DNA of 64,000 nt, taken from Candidatus Micrarchaeota archaeon (GTDB lineage: Archaea > Micrarchaeota > Micrarchaeia > Anstonellales > Anstonellaceae). Below, in pieces: positions 55,963 through 64,000 of this stretch. The stretch lies in contig JAKAME010000001.1 in NCBI GenBank assembly GCA_021813025.1, positions 2,201-66,200 of the forward strand, in the 5' to 3' direction. How positions within the stretch are numbered: the first letter of the stretch is position 1; each line of letters begins with the position of its first letter. The position numbers and the translations under genes are program-made. Under the pieces are notes generated by a model. The model did no database searches. It saw nothing but the letters and a program-made list of their open reading frames with translations, and was not told the DNA's origin.

Positions 55963-57045
55963 TCACACTTCAAATTCAAACATGTCGCCTTCCTTTTCCT
56001 TTAGGCGGATGAGGGCCTTGGCGACCTGCTCGTCTGTCAGATGCAGGCCCAGAGCGTCGGACAAATATCTTACCACGTTCTTGCCGGAATACTCGCCCAC
56101 CACCACGCGCCGGCGTATACCCAAAGAGGTTGGGGAGAAAGCCTCATAGGCCTTGCCATCGGTTCGCAGCACCGCGCCCAAGTGGGTTCCTCCCTTGTGG
56201 CGGAATACGTTTTCTCCGACTATGGGGCTGAAGGGGTCGGCCGGAAGGCCGGTGATGGATGAGAAAAGGCGCGAAAGCTTCGGAAGCTCGACTGCCTTCA
56301 TCTCGTTTCGCTGGCCATAGAGCACTTGGAGAGCCATAACCACTTCGGCCAAGCGCGGGATGCCTGCGCGCTCTCCCGCGCCGTTGATGGAGGCGTGGAT
56401 GCAGTCTGCTCCGGCTTCTATTCCAGCCAGCGAATTTGCAAGCGCAAGGCCCAAGTCATTGTGGCAGTGCAAATCTAGGCCAATGTTTGGAAGGGCGGCG
56501 CGCACGTGGCGGATGAGGGCATGCATGCTCGAAGGAGTCATGATGCCGACAGTATCAGTAATAGATATTCTATCCGCTCCCGCCTCGGCCGCCACTTTGG
56601 CAAACTGCATCAGCTCCTCCATGTTGGTTCTTGACGCATCCTCGCATGTGAAGCGCATTTTCACCCCATGGCTTTTGGCATACTCAATCATTTTTCGCGT
56701 CTGCTCCAAGGCAGCTTGCCTGTCCATGTGCAGCTTGTGCTCCAGATGAACCGGGGAGGTGGAGAGGTAGATGGCAATCCATTGGGGGTCGAATTTGAGC
56801 AGGAGGTCGATATCGGATTGGGTGGCTCTTCCGTGGAGGATGACATTGGAGCGGAAGCCTGCTTGCAAGAGGTCTTTGGCTGTCTGCTCGCTTCTCTGGC
56901 TCACTATTGGAGAGTATTCGATGAAATCCACACCCAAGGTGTTGAGGCCGTGGGCTATCTTGAGCGCCTGCTCGGGGCTGAAACGCACTCTTGTGGCCTG
57001 CGCGCCCTCGCGCAGGGTGGAATCTAGCACCAGAATGTTTTGCAT
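55963..57045 (-). CDS. homocitrate synthase (LeuA/HCS family, no fused regulatory domain)
   Basis: LDSTLREGAQ, EDASR, DTVG, HCHNDLG, GERAG and FRHKGGTH; heads the AAA-pathway operon. Confidence 0.85.
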   Translation of the reverse strand: MQNILVLDSTLREGAQATRVRFSPEQALKIAHGLNTLGVDFIEYSPIVSQRSEQTAKDLLQAGFRSNVILHGRATQSDIDLLLKFDPQWIAIYLSTSPVHLEHKLHMDRQAALEQTRKMIEYAKSHGVKMRFTCEDASRTNMEELMQFAKVAAEAGADRISITDTVGIMTPSSMHALIRHVRAALPNIGLDLHCHNDLGLALANSLAGIEAGADCIHASINGAGERAGIPRLAEVVMALQVLYGQRNEMKAVELPKLSRLFSSITGLPADPFSPIVGENVFRHKGGTHLGAVLRTDGKAYEAFSPTSLGIRRRVVVGEYSGKNVVRYLSDALGLHLTDEQVAKALIRLKEKEGDMFEFEV

Positions 57046-57062
57046 AAGTTGGAATGAGGCTG

Positions 57063-57098
57063 GCTTTAATTAAATACTAAATGTTGCAGGTATAACAA
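57063..57098 (-). promoter_or_regulatory. homocitrate synthase promoter TATA box plus operator ATGTT-N8-AACAA (57081-57098)
   Basis: TAAATAC-NNN-ATGTTG..AACA layout identical to the lysW promoter. Confidence 0.6.
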
Positions 57099-57411
57099 AA
57101 TAAGATGAGGAGGAACGGACGGACTGATACCTTTTCGTTAGCCTGACCGACGGGGTTGTTTGGCTGATGACGAGTTTTGGACTAGTGAAACTTCGACACG
57201 CCCCTAAAAGAAAACGAAAGACGCGGAAATCATAGGAAACCACGGGAGAAAACCAGAACTGTTCGATAGTTTAAAACGTTCCTACTGCAATTTCTGTCAG
57301 ACTATGGATATCAAGATAACGCAGATAACCAAAATAGAGTGCAAACAGTGCGGGAAAACGAGATTGATAACAACAAGGATAAAATAACCTCAAGAACGGA
57401 TAAGTGATTGA

Positions 57412-58056
57412 ATGGCAAAAGTAATTGAAAAAAGAGAGGTAATAATCGCAGGAGTAGGTGCAGGTCGCATGATTTTATCCGAGATTGCAGACTGTGCGCA
57501 TGAATTCGGGGGCGGTAGATTACCTGCTGTATTGTATGATACACATATGGGAGGTATCGCGTGCGCCAAATCGCCGACTAAAGGCGTTTTAATCGGCAAA
57601 GAAATCTTTGGAGGGAGCGGTGCGTTTGGAGAAATTAAAAAATGCAGAATTTCCGCCTTAAAAGAACGGAAAAAGATTGGCGATGCAATTGCAGGTTCAA
57701 AAGTTGTAATCGTTGTGACATGTCTTGGAGGCGGCACTGGATCCGGCATTGCGCCGGTTGTGTGCGATATTGCAGGCAAACAAGGCGCATTTGTGATTGC
57801 GGTTGCCACTTATCCTGCGAAGTGTATCCCTAAGACATGGAAAAAATGCAGAGAGATGGCAGAAACAGGGCTGGATGGACTCAAAAAACATGCAGACGTT
57901 TTGATGATAGTGGATAGTGAAAAGATACGCAGGCATATGGAAAAAAATACCGAGTGGCCGGATTTGTGTTTGGTTTGTAATCGTATTGCGGCAAGGATGG
58001 TCTGGGACATATGCAAGGGTAAGGGCTTACAGCAAGTGTGGGATGCAAAGGATTGA
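57412..58056 (+). CDS. tubulin/FtsZ-family GTPase-domain-only protein (divergent)
   Basis: IIAGVGAG, LGGGTGSGIAP signature, GLDGLKKHADVLMIVDS; lacks the C-terminal domain. Confidence 0.75.
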   Translation: MAKVIEKREVIIAGVGAGRMILSEIADCAHEFGGGRLPAVLYDTHMGGIACAKSPTKGVLIGKEIFGGSGAFGEIKKCRISALKERKKIGDAIAGSKVVIVVTCLGGGTGSGIAPVVCDIAGKQGAFVIAVATYPAKCIPKTWKKCREMAETGLDGLKKHADVLMIVDSEKIRRHMEKNTEWPDLCLVCNRIAARMVWDICKGKGLQQVWDAKD

Positions 58057-58088
58057 CAACTGAGAAGGAAAATATCGAGGACAAGAAA

Positions 58089-58700
58089 ATGAACGACTCT
58101 GACGAAAATTTTTATAAATGCGGCACGCCCATGTCCAAACGGCATAATGAACGATGTAAAGAGTGCAAAACGCGGGTTTTCCAGCTACTATGTGGGCTAT
58201 TCGGAGAAGTAAAACGTGAGCATAATTTGGGGATTAGCAGCGGTTTAGATTCGTTCGAGCATTCCACAAACTATGCTCACTTGAGTAACATCCTCCATAT
58301 GCTTCAGGAATATCGTGGCTACAACAACTTCGTCAGAAGAAGGCGGATGACCAATGTGGATTTTTTTGTTCCCGCCCACGGGCTTATCGTTGAATTCGAT
58401 GAATCCCAACACTTCACTAAACCCCGTCAAATCGCGTTAGATAACTATCCTGCCGACCTCAAACTTGGATTTAATCGGAAACAATGGGTTGAACGATGCG
58501 TGCATCTGCATAAGACGGACAACGACCCGCCCTACCGCGACGAGACACGGGCATGGTATGACACATTGAAGGACTTTGCGCCGTCAATCCTCGATTTGAA
58601 GCCTACCGTTCGTTTATACTCCAAAGATTGTGTTTGGTGCGAATTGGATCTGGGGAATAGCGGAAACATAGCGGAGTTCAAGAGGAGGTTGGGCGTATGA
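58089..58700 (+). CDS. Vsr/DUF559-like PD-(D/E)XK endonuclease-fold protein
   Basis: VDFFVPAHGLIVEFDESQHFT..RAWYDTLKD pattern; start uncertain (58089/58131). Confidence 0.6.
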   Translation: MNDSDENFYKCGTPMSKRHNERCKECKTRVFQLLCGLFGEVKREHNLGISSGLDSFEHSTNYAHLSNILHMLQEYRGYNNFVRRRRMTNVDFFVPAHGLIVEFDESQHFTKPRQIALDNYPADLKLGFNRKQWVERCVHLHKTDNDPPYRDETRAWYDTLKDFAPSILDLKPTVRLYSKDCVWCELDLGNSGNIAEFKRRLGV

Positions 58701-59530
58701 AATGCGCAGTGGTTTCATTTATTATGCATGTAGATGGCGGAACTTCAAGCAAGCCGAAACGCGCTGGCAAAGCCAAACGCGGAAATAGGACGCCGAACAA
58801 CGCTGACCTCGTGTTGGAAGTTTTAGAAAAGACCAAAGATTTAGCGATGGTTCTATTCTCAGGCTGGACGCTTGATAATGAAAACGAGTTGAATCGCGTG
58901 ATTGATGGCCTCCACGCGCCTCATCCGACATTCATTTTAGAAGTAGGTAGCGGATACGATACAAACGACAATCCACATTCTCCAGCAGGTTTTTACGTGA
59001 TTCAAGATGGCAAACTCAAACTCAATAAGGTGAAACAGTGGTTTGCTACGAGCGAAGAAGCCAACCGTAATGAAAAAAATCTTATAGAAAACTATCTGAC
59101 TACGCTAGAAAAAGATAGATGTTTTAGTGTCGATGGTAAGCGAGTTCGTCTGATTATCTGTGGTGAGAATAACGTCCTCCGAAACGAACAATCTCATAAT
59201 AACAAAGTTTATTGCCGAGCGGAAGACAAAGAATCGCAGACAAAGCTGGAATCGATACTTAACGACACCGACATCTTCATCAACCCGGCTCACACGCCGA
59301 TGGGCAACTTGGGAAAGATGAAAAAACGCTGGAAGTTCTTGAGTGAAACCAACAGGGTGCTATTGTTCGTAACTAACGAGTGCGCGAAGGCAGGAGTGAA
59401 AAATTTCGAGCCAAACTTATCCAAGCAGTCGCTCAAGTACGCATTTATCAACGGAAAAGAAACTGAATTCTCGAAATTGGCGTCTGGGAAACAATATCAA
59501 ATATCACAGGTTGATATTCCGACAAATTGA
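58697..59530 (+). CDS. hypothetical protein, possibly carbon-nitrogen hydrolase (nitrilase) fold
   Basis: RVRLIICGENN resembles the nitrilase catalytic-Cys strand; ATGA-coupled to the nuclease. Confidence 0.5.
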   Translation: MKCAVVSFIMHVDGGTSSKPKRAGKAKRGNRTPNNADLVLEVLEKTKDLAMVLFSGWTLDNENELNRVIDGLHAPHPTFILEVGSGYDTNDNPHSPAGFYVIQDGKLKLNKVKQWFATSEEANRNEKNLIENYLTTLEKDRCFSVDGKRVRLIICGENNVLRNEQSHNNKVYCRAEDKESQTKLESILNDTDIFINPAHTPMGNLGKMKKRWKFLSETNRVLLFVTNECAKAGVKNFEPNLSKQSLKYAFINGKETEFSKLASGKQYQISQVDIPTN

Positions 59531-59650
59531 CCCATAAACGAGAGCAGCCCTAGGGACACCTCCCTCATTTCCGCGTCTTGGGCTGTTTTAGGCGTTTTTC
59601 GCGTAGCTCAGGCAGACGAGTTCTCTCCTAACGGACGGACTGCCATCCCT

Positions 59651-60730
59651 TCATCTCTTATACACGCAAATCACGTCCCCGTCTTGAAGAACGTGGTCCA
59701 ACCCGGCCTTTTGCCCCGGAAATTTGGCGGACGGCCCCCACACCTGCGCGTAGCGGAACAGCTTCTTCAAATCCCGGTGCAGCCGCTCGCACGCATCCCC
59801 GACGTTGGAGCCTGCGCGCATCATCATGGGGGTGGAATCGGCATCCTCATTTCTGCGTTTGGTGTAGATGCGAATGAGCTGCAGTTTCTCCCATATTTTC
59901 TCCTTAAGCTCCTCCACCCCCTGATTTTTCTCTGCGGAAAGCGGCACGAAGCCGTAGGGAATTGCCTTGAGGAACTGCGGCTGGACCAAGTCGATTTTGT
60001 TGAGAAGGGTAATCGAGGGAGTGTATTTGCGCGAGCCTTCCAGCACGTCGATGAATTCATCAACAGTTGCATCCTGGCGAAGCATCACTTCGGCGTTGTG
60101 GATGCCCTGCTCGTGCAGAATAGCGATAATCATGCGCTCGTTCAGGTGCGTGAGCGGCACGGTGGCATGTATGTTGACGCCTCCGCGCAGCTTGGGATGC
60201 ACCAGCAGGTTGGGCCTTGACTTGTCCACGCGTATGCCGATGCCCTCAAGCTCCTCAATCAGCTTGGGCCGATAGAGAGGGTCGAATACGTCGAGCAGGA
60301 GCAGGATGAGGTCTGCGTTTCGCGCCACCGCTAAAACTTCCTTGCCACGCCCGGAGCCCTCTTTCGCGCCTGCAATAATGCCGGGCAGGTCCAGCAGCTG
60401 GATTTTCGCGCCCCGATAATCCAGGGCGCCGGGCACCACGGTCAGGGTGGTGAAGTGGTAGGCCGCAGTCTTGGATTTGGCGCCGGTGAGCGCGTTGAGA
60501 AGGGTGGATTTGCCGGTTGAGGGCAGGCCGATGAACACCACTGTTGCGTCGCCTGACTTCTTGACGTCAAACCCGCCTGTCTGCAATCCTGATTTCTTGG
60601 GGGCGGAGATGGCTTTCTTCAGGTGGGCTATTTTGGACTTGAGGATGCCGATGTGGAATTCGGTGGCTTTGTTTTTCTGGGTGCGGGCCAGCTCGTCCTC
60701 TAGCTCCTTGAGTTTGTCGGCAGAACCCAT
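59651..60730 (-). CDS. DRG/RBG1-family GTPase (OBG superfamily) with TGS domain
   Basis: TQKNKATEFHIG, GLPSTGKSTLL, FTTLT, DLPG, NKID and VWGPSAKFPGQ motifs. Confidence 0.95.
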   Translation of the reverse strand: MGSADKLKELEDELARTQKNKATEFHIGILKSKIAHLKKAISAPKKSGLQTGGFDVKKSGDATVVFIGLPSTGKSTLLNALTGAKSKTAAYHFTTLTVVPGALDYRGAKIQLLDLPGIIAGAKEGSGRGKEVLAVARNADLILLLLDVFDPLYRPKLIEELEGIGIRVDKSRPNLLVHPKLRGGVNIHATVPLTHLNERMIIAILHEQGIHNAEVMLRQDATVDEFIDVLEGSRKYTPSITLLNKIDLVQPQFLKAIPYGFVPLSAEKNQGVEELKEKIWEKLQLIRIYTKRRNEDADSTPMMMRAGSNVGDACERLHRDLKKLFRYAQVWGPSAKFPGQKAGLDHVLQDGDVICVYKR

Positions 60731-60817
60731 GAGAGAATGAAGCGGTGGGGGAATAAAAATCAGGCGGGAGAGGAAAATCTGGCCAGAGAGGCTCGGGTTT
60801 CTGAGGTGGAGGACAGC

Positions 60818-61501
60818 TCAGGATTTGGAGGTAGTCACAATATCGTGCACCAGCGCACCGGCCTCCACTAACACCCCATTACTGAGGTCGCGCCAGTTGC
60901 CGACGAAGACCTCCCAGCCGGCACCAGATATGTTGTCATAGCCGGCACTGCGCCCAAGCGAGCCGAATTCGCTCCGGAATGAACGGTAGAGAGCATTTGT
61001 GCCAAAAGGACGCGAAGCCTGGCTTCCAGGCATACCTTCAACTGCGGAAAACCACCCTTTTGTTTGGGGTTGGTTGGCATAGAATTTGAGGAACTGGCGC
61101 CTATCCGCTGTGAATTCCTTGGAGACGAAAAGGCCAAAGTCGACGACGCAGATAGAAGGGTTGATAACCAAGAGGGGGTTCTGGGCCTTCAGCTCGTCTG
61201 GAGTGAGGACTTTCTCTGCATTGGGCAGGTGGAAGTCACCACCATTGCCGCGCACGGTGAGAGTGCCAGTCTTGGTGTTGATGGACTCACCCAAAGGCTT
61301 TTCGGTGTTGACCGAGAAACCCATAAAGAGAGGCATTTTGAGCGCTTTGAGTGCTTCGGGATTCTGCTGGGCGAACCGCTGCACTTCGGCCGGACCGAGC
61401 ATCTTTTCGAAGAATTTTTTCCCAGAGGTGTCGAAGGCAGTGATGCCTTTGATCAAATCGACCCCAGAAGCAACGCGCTGGGTTCGGAAGTTTAAAGCCA
61501 T
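60818..61501 (-). CDS. hypothetical protein
   Basis: ORF with TTTAAA box and GTGAG RBS upstream; no motif recognised. Confidence 0.6.
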   Translation of the reverse strand: MALNFRTQRVASGVDLIKGITAFDTSGKKFFEKMLGPAEVQRFAQQNPEALKALKMPLFMGFSVNTEKPLGESINTKTGTLTVRGNGGDFHLPNAEKVLTPDELKAQNPLLVINPSICVVDFGLFVSKEFTADRRQFLKFYANQPQTKGWFSAVEGMPGSQASRPFGTNALYRSFRSEFGSLGRSAGYDNISGAGWEVFVGNWRDLSNGVLVEAGALVHDIVTTSKS

Positions 61502-61616
61502 AGATACATCTCACTTGACGTAATTATTGTGTATTTTTGTGTTTAAATAAGTATCTGTGAAGCGACGGATGGGTGAGAGATTTAACAAGCTTAAGACCGG
61601 CCTCGAAGAGAAGCCC

Positions 61617-63980
61617 CTAGTTTTGGCTCTCTTCGCCAGCCGGTTCTTCGCTCGGGGCGGCTTCCTCCTCTTCTGCTTCCAGAACTTCGTCAGCTTCGAG
61701 AGGAGTTGATTTTGAGGCACGGGCGCGGGGCGCATTGTCTTGGCCGGATGGCGCAGGAACCGGCCGGCGGGCGGATTTTGCAGGAGCTGCCTTTTGCGCC
61801 GAAGCAGATGCCCCCGTTTTCTTTGTTTTTTTCTCCTGTCCGGTTGTTTGCGCAGTGGTTTCGCGCTCTTTCAATTCATCCGCCAGAATCTGGCTGAACT
61901 CGCCCACCAGCAGCTTGTCATAGGCGCCCCAGTCCGGCTCCTGCCCGGAATGCTCTTTCAAAATCCGATTCGCTGCCATGAGGCATTTGAGCACGAAGTC
62001 AAGCTCTATGAGGGCAGGCTCGTCATAATCCACAGAGGCATGGTAAATCAGGTCATAGAGCTTGCCTTTGTAGAATGCCTCCATGACATAGTCTTTCGCA
62101 GGCAGGCCGGTCTCGTCGGCGCGCCTCTGCAATGCGGGCGGGACGAACTTGAGCTTGAGGCGTCTGGCAATTGAGCCCAAATCGGCGTTGTAGAGCTCCT
62201 GCGCGCTTGCTTCAGGCAAATCGCAGAACAGGCATTGCAGGCGCGTGGAGGCAAGGTCCTCGCCGCGGTGCAAATCAAACACCTGCGCATACTGCCGCTT
62301 GTCCAAATCAGTCTCGTATTGGAAGCCCAGCATGCGGTAGACGCGCGACTTGCGGCCAAAGCGCACTTTCTTCAAAAATGAGTAGCGGTCGGTTGAATAC
62401 ATCGAGGCCGCAGGCATGCCGAACACCAATTCCAGGCGGTCCTGGATGTCTTTCAATGACTGGGCGTGAAGGTTGTAAAGCAAAAAGATGCCCGGCTGGG
62501 TGTTGAGCATGTTGATGACTCCCTGAATGGCGGTGCGGGAGCGTATTTCGTTGATAATGACGCAGGCGTCTCCCATGCGCAAAGACGCGTTGGTCATTGA
62601 AACTAGGTCAAGCTCGGAGCTTGTCTGCTGGGTTTCCTCATGCTCTGAGGAAGCCACGCGGATGGCGCCAATGTGGAAGCCGCGCTTGCGGTAGGCGCGG
62701 GTGGGGATTTCCTCTATGTCCTGAATCGGCAGGATGCGCCGATGCAGGCCGATGGCAGAGATTTTGGCTGAAGTAAAGGCCGTTTTGCCCACGCCTTTGA
62801 GGCCCAGCACCGCTTCCGAGCAGCCCAAGCCCACCATGACGTCGTCATAACCTGCGAAGAAGGGGGTGAAGGAGGAGTATTTGAGGTATTCGGCATAGGT
62901 GAAGGGCTGCTCTTTCATCAGCCTTAGCGCAGCCTGCAGTTCGCCGAATGTGGCTGGCGGGCGCTGGAGATGGCAGCGCATTGCAAGCCTTGTGAGCACG
63001 ATGTCGATTACCGGGTTGTCTTTGTCGAATTTGCGCCCGCCCCCTAATGAGATGACGATGTTGCGGAAAGCGCGCTCAAGCATTTCCGGCGAATACTGCC
63101 ACAAGGTGTGGCAGAGGCCGAACTTCTGGTGCTCGACATAGATTGGCGCATTGGGCGCGTCGATATAGACATCGGTGAGATTGTCGCGGTCCATTGCCAG
63201 GTTTTCCAGCGGGGAGCCAAGGCCCACTGTCCACGCAGCAGCTTCGCGGCCCATTGCAAGAGCCTGCTCTGAAGTGATTTGGATGTTCTTGAGCTGGGCC
63301 TGGTCTATGAAATGCTGGCGCAGGGTGCGCATCTTCGAGTCAAAGATTGTGGTGTAATCAACGGTTTCCTTGACAGCCTTGAGCTCGTCTGTTATGGTGT
63401 CCTGAAGCAGGGTGACAAGCGCCGGCGGCAGGCTTTCGATTATGGGATTGCGCAAAGAGTAGAGGTAGGCTTCTGAGCCGGGAGCCTCGTAGATTTCCAC
63501 CTGCACCCCATAGGGCAGCTCGTATTTGCCGCCCTCCAGCAGTTTGGCGCCGGCCGGGATGGTCTTGAGGAAGGTTTGTGAGTATGGCATGGCCTTGAGG
63601 CTGAGGAGCGAGAGGAACACCTGGCGCAAATCCTCCTCTTTTGAGGCAAGGGAATACATGCGGCTCTGCTGGTAGGCCGCGAGGATTCCATTCACCCACC
63701 CGCGGAAGGTGCGCCACCCTTCCACGAACACGGCGCGCTCTGGGGAGGCTTCCTCGTATTCGCGCAGCACTCTGGCCGCCTCCACCGGGCTTTGGAACAT
63801 TGACTCGTAGAAATCCTTGAGCAGCTTCTGGCGGCTTCTGTACTGCTCGTCCTGCTCATGGCCATAGACTTTGGGGTCGAGCATGATTTGCTCCACTTGG
63901 CGTATGATTGCGACATATTCCCAGAAGATGGCCGACTTGTCCTCGTCCAAGTCTATGATGACTTCCTCCTCATAGCGCAT
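61617..63980 (-). CDS. divergent type II/IV secretion ATPase (VirB11/TadA/FlaI-like)
   Basis: TDVYIDAPNAPIYVEH, FDKDNPVID, GLKGVGKT, IQDIEEI, LRMGDACVIINEIRS, NLHA. Confidence 0.8.
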   Translation of the reverse strand: MRYEEEVIIDLDEDKSAIFWEYVAIIRQVEQIMLDPKVYGHEQDEQYRSRQKLLKDFYESMFQSPVEAARVLREYEEASPERAVFVEGWRTFRGWVNGILAAYQQSRMYSLASKEEDLRQVFLSLLSLKAMPYSQTFLKTIPAGAKLLEGGKYELPYGVQVEIYEAPGSEAYLYSLRNPIIESLPPALVTLLQDTITDELKAVKETVDYTTIFDSKMRTLRQHFIDQAQLKNIQITSEQALAMGREAAAWTVGLGSPLENLAMDRDNLTDVYIDAPNAPIYVEHQKFGLCHTLWQYSPEMLERAFRNIVISLGGGRKFDKDNPVIDIVLTRLAMRCHLQRPPATFGELQAALRLMKEQPFTYAEYLKYSSFTPFFAGYDDVMVGLGCSEAVLGLKGVGKTAFTSAKISAIGLHRRILPIQDIEEIPTRAYRKRGFHIGAIRVASSEHEETQQTSSELDLVSMTNASLRMGDACVIINEIRSRTAIQGVINMLNTQPGIFLLYNLHAQSLKDIQDRLELVFGMPAASMYSTDRYSFLKKVRFGRKSRVYRMLGFQYETDLDKRQYAQVFDLHRGEDLASTRLQCLFCDLPEASAQELYNADLGSIARRLKLKFVPPALQRRADETGLPAKDYVMEAFYKGKLYDLIYHASVDYDEPALIELDFVLKCLMAANRILKEHSGQEPDWGAYDKLLVGEFSQILADELKERETTAQTTGQEKKTKKTGASASAQKAAPAKSARRPVPAPSGQDNAPRARASKSTPLEADEVLEAEEEEAAPSEEPAGEESQN

Positions 63981-64000
63981 GGTCTTCCAAGGCTTGTCAA

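Larger units (their letters stand above)
57114..59642. mobile_element. AT-rich three-gene islet bounded by 13-bp direct repeat AACGGACGGACTG (57114-57126, 59630-59642)
   Basis: Exact repeats at both composition boundaries; no integrase or transposase inside. Confidence 0.7.

Noticed and set aside
52701..57045. Leucine operon leuABCD
   Set aside because: The synthase lacks the LeuA regulatory domain, the genes adjoin the lysW cluster and share its operator; promiscuity is not excluded.
57140..57200. Hammerhead-like CTGATGA...GAAAC at the left edge of the islet
   Set aside because: Stem II has a mismatch and an extra U, and no stem I/III with an NUH cleavage site could be built.

Overview
Archaeal chromosomal window, as shown by S19e/L39e/L31e/L18a, aIF6, Rpp21, prefoldin and an intron-containing tRNA. 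High GC, tRNA-Ile(UAU) and gene style suggest DPANN, probably Micrarchaeota (inference). 1-16 kb: surface-glycan locus with a legionaminic-acid-type pathway (dehydratase, DegT aminotransferase, NeuC/B/A), a sugar N-formyltransferase, a HisF-HisH fusion, glycosyltransferases and a flippase. 16-38 kb: hypotheticals, tRNA-Ala, RecJ-like DHH protein, pyrBI, tRNA-Ile(UAU), an RuvC-rearranged TnpB, the rnp4-rps19e-...-ftsY cluster, pheT and a split-VirB4-like operon. 39-57 kb: LysW-dependent lysine/arginine biosynthesis with three LysW-like carriers (none in the ORF track) and two LysX ligases, interrupted by a second TnpB. 57-59.6 kb: AT-rich three-gene islet inside a 13-bp direct repeat. Then a DRG GTPase and a divergent VirB11/TadA ATPase. 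Most striking signal: the predicted guide of the second TnpB (TACATAATGTTG, right after the TTCAC end) matches the BRE/operator next to the TATA box of the adjacent lysWXYZJK promoter, and partly the homocitrate-synthase promoter. This makes it a candidate RNA-guided regulator of amino-acid biosynthesis. All calls were made by eye from motifs; no database searches were run.
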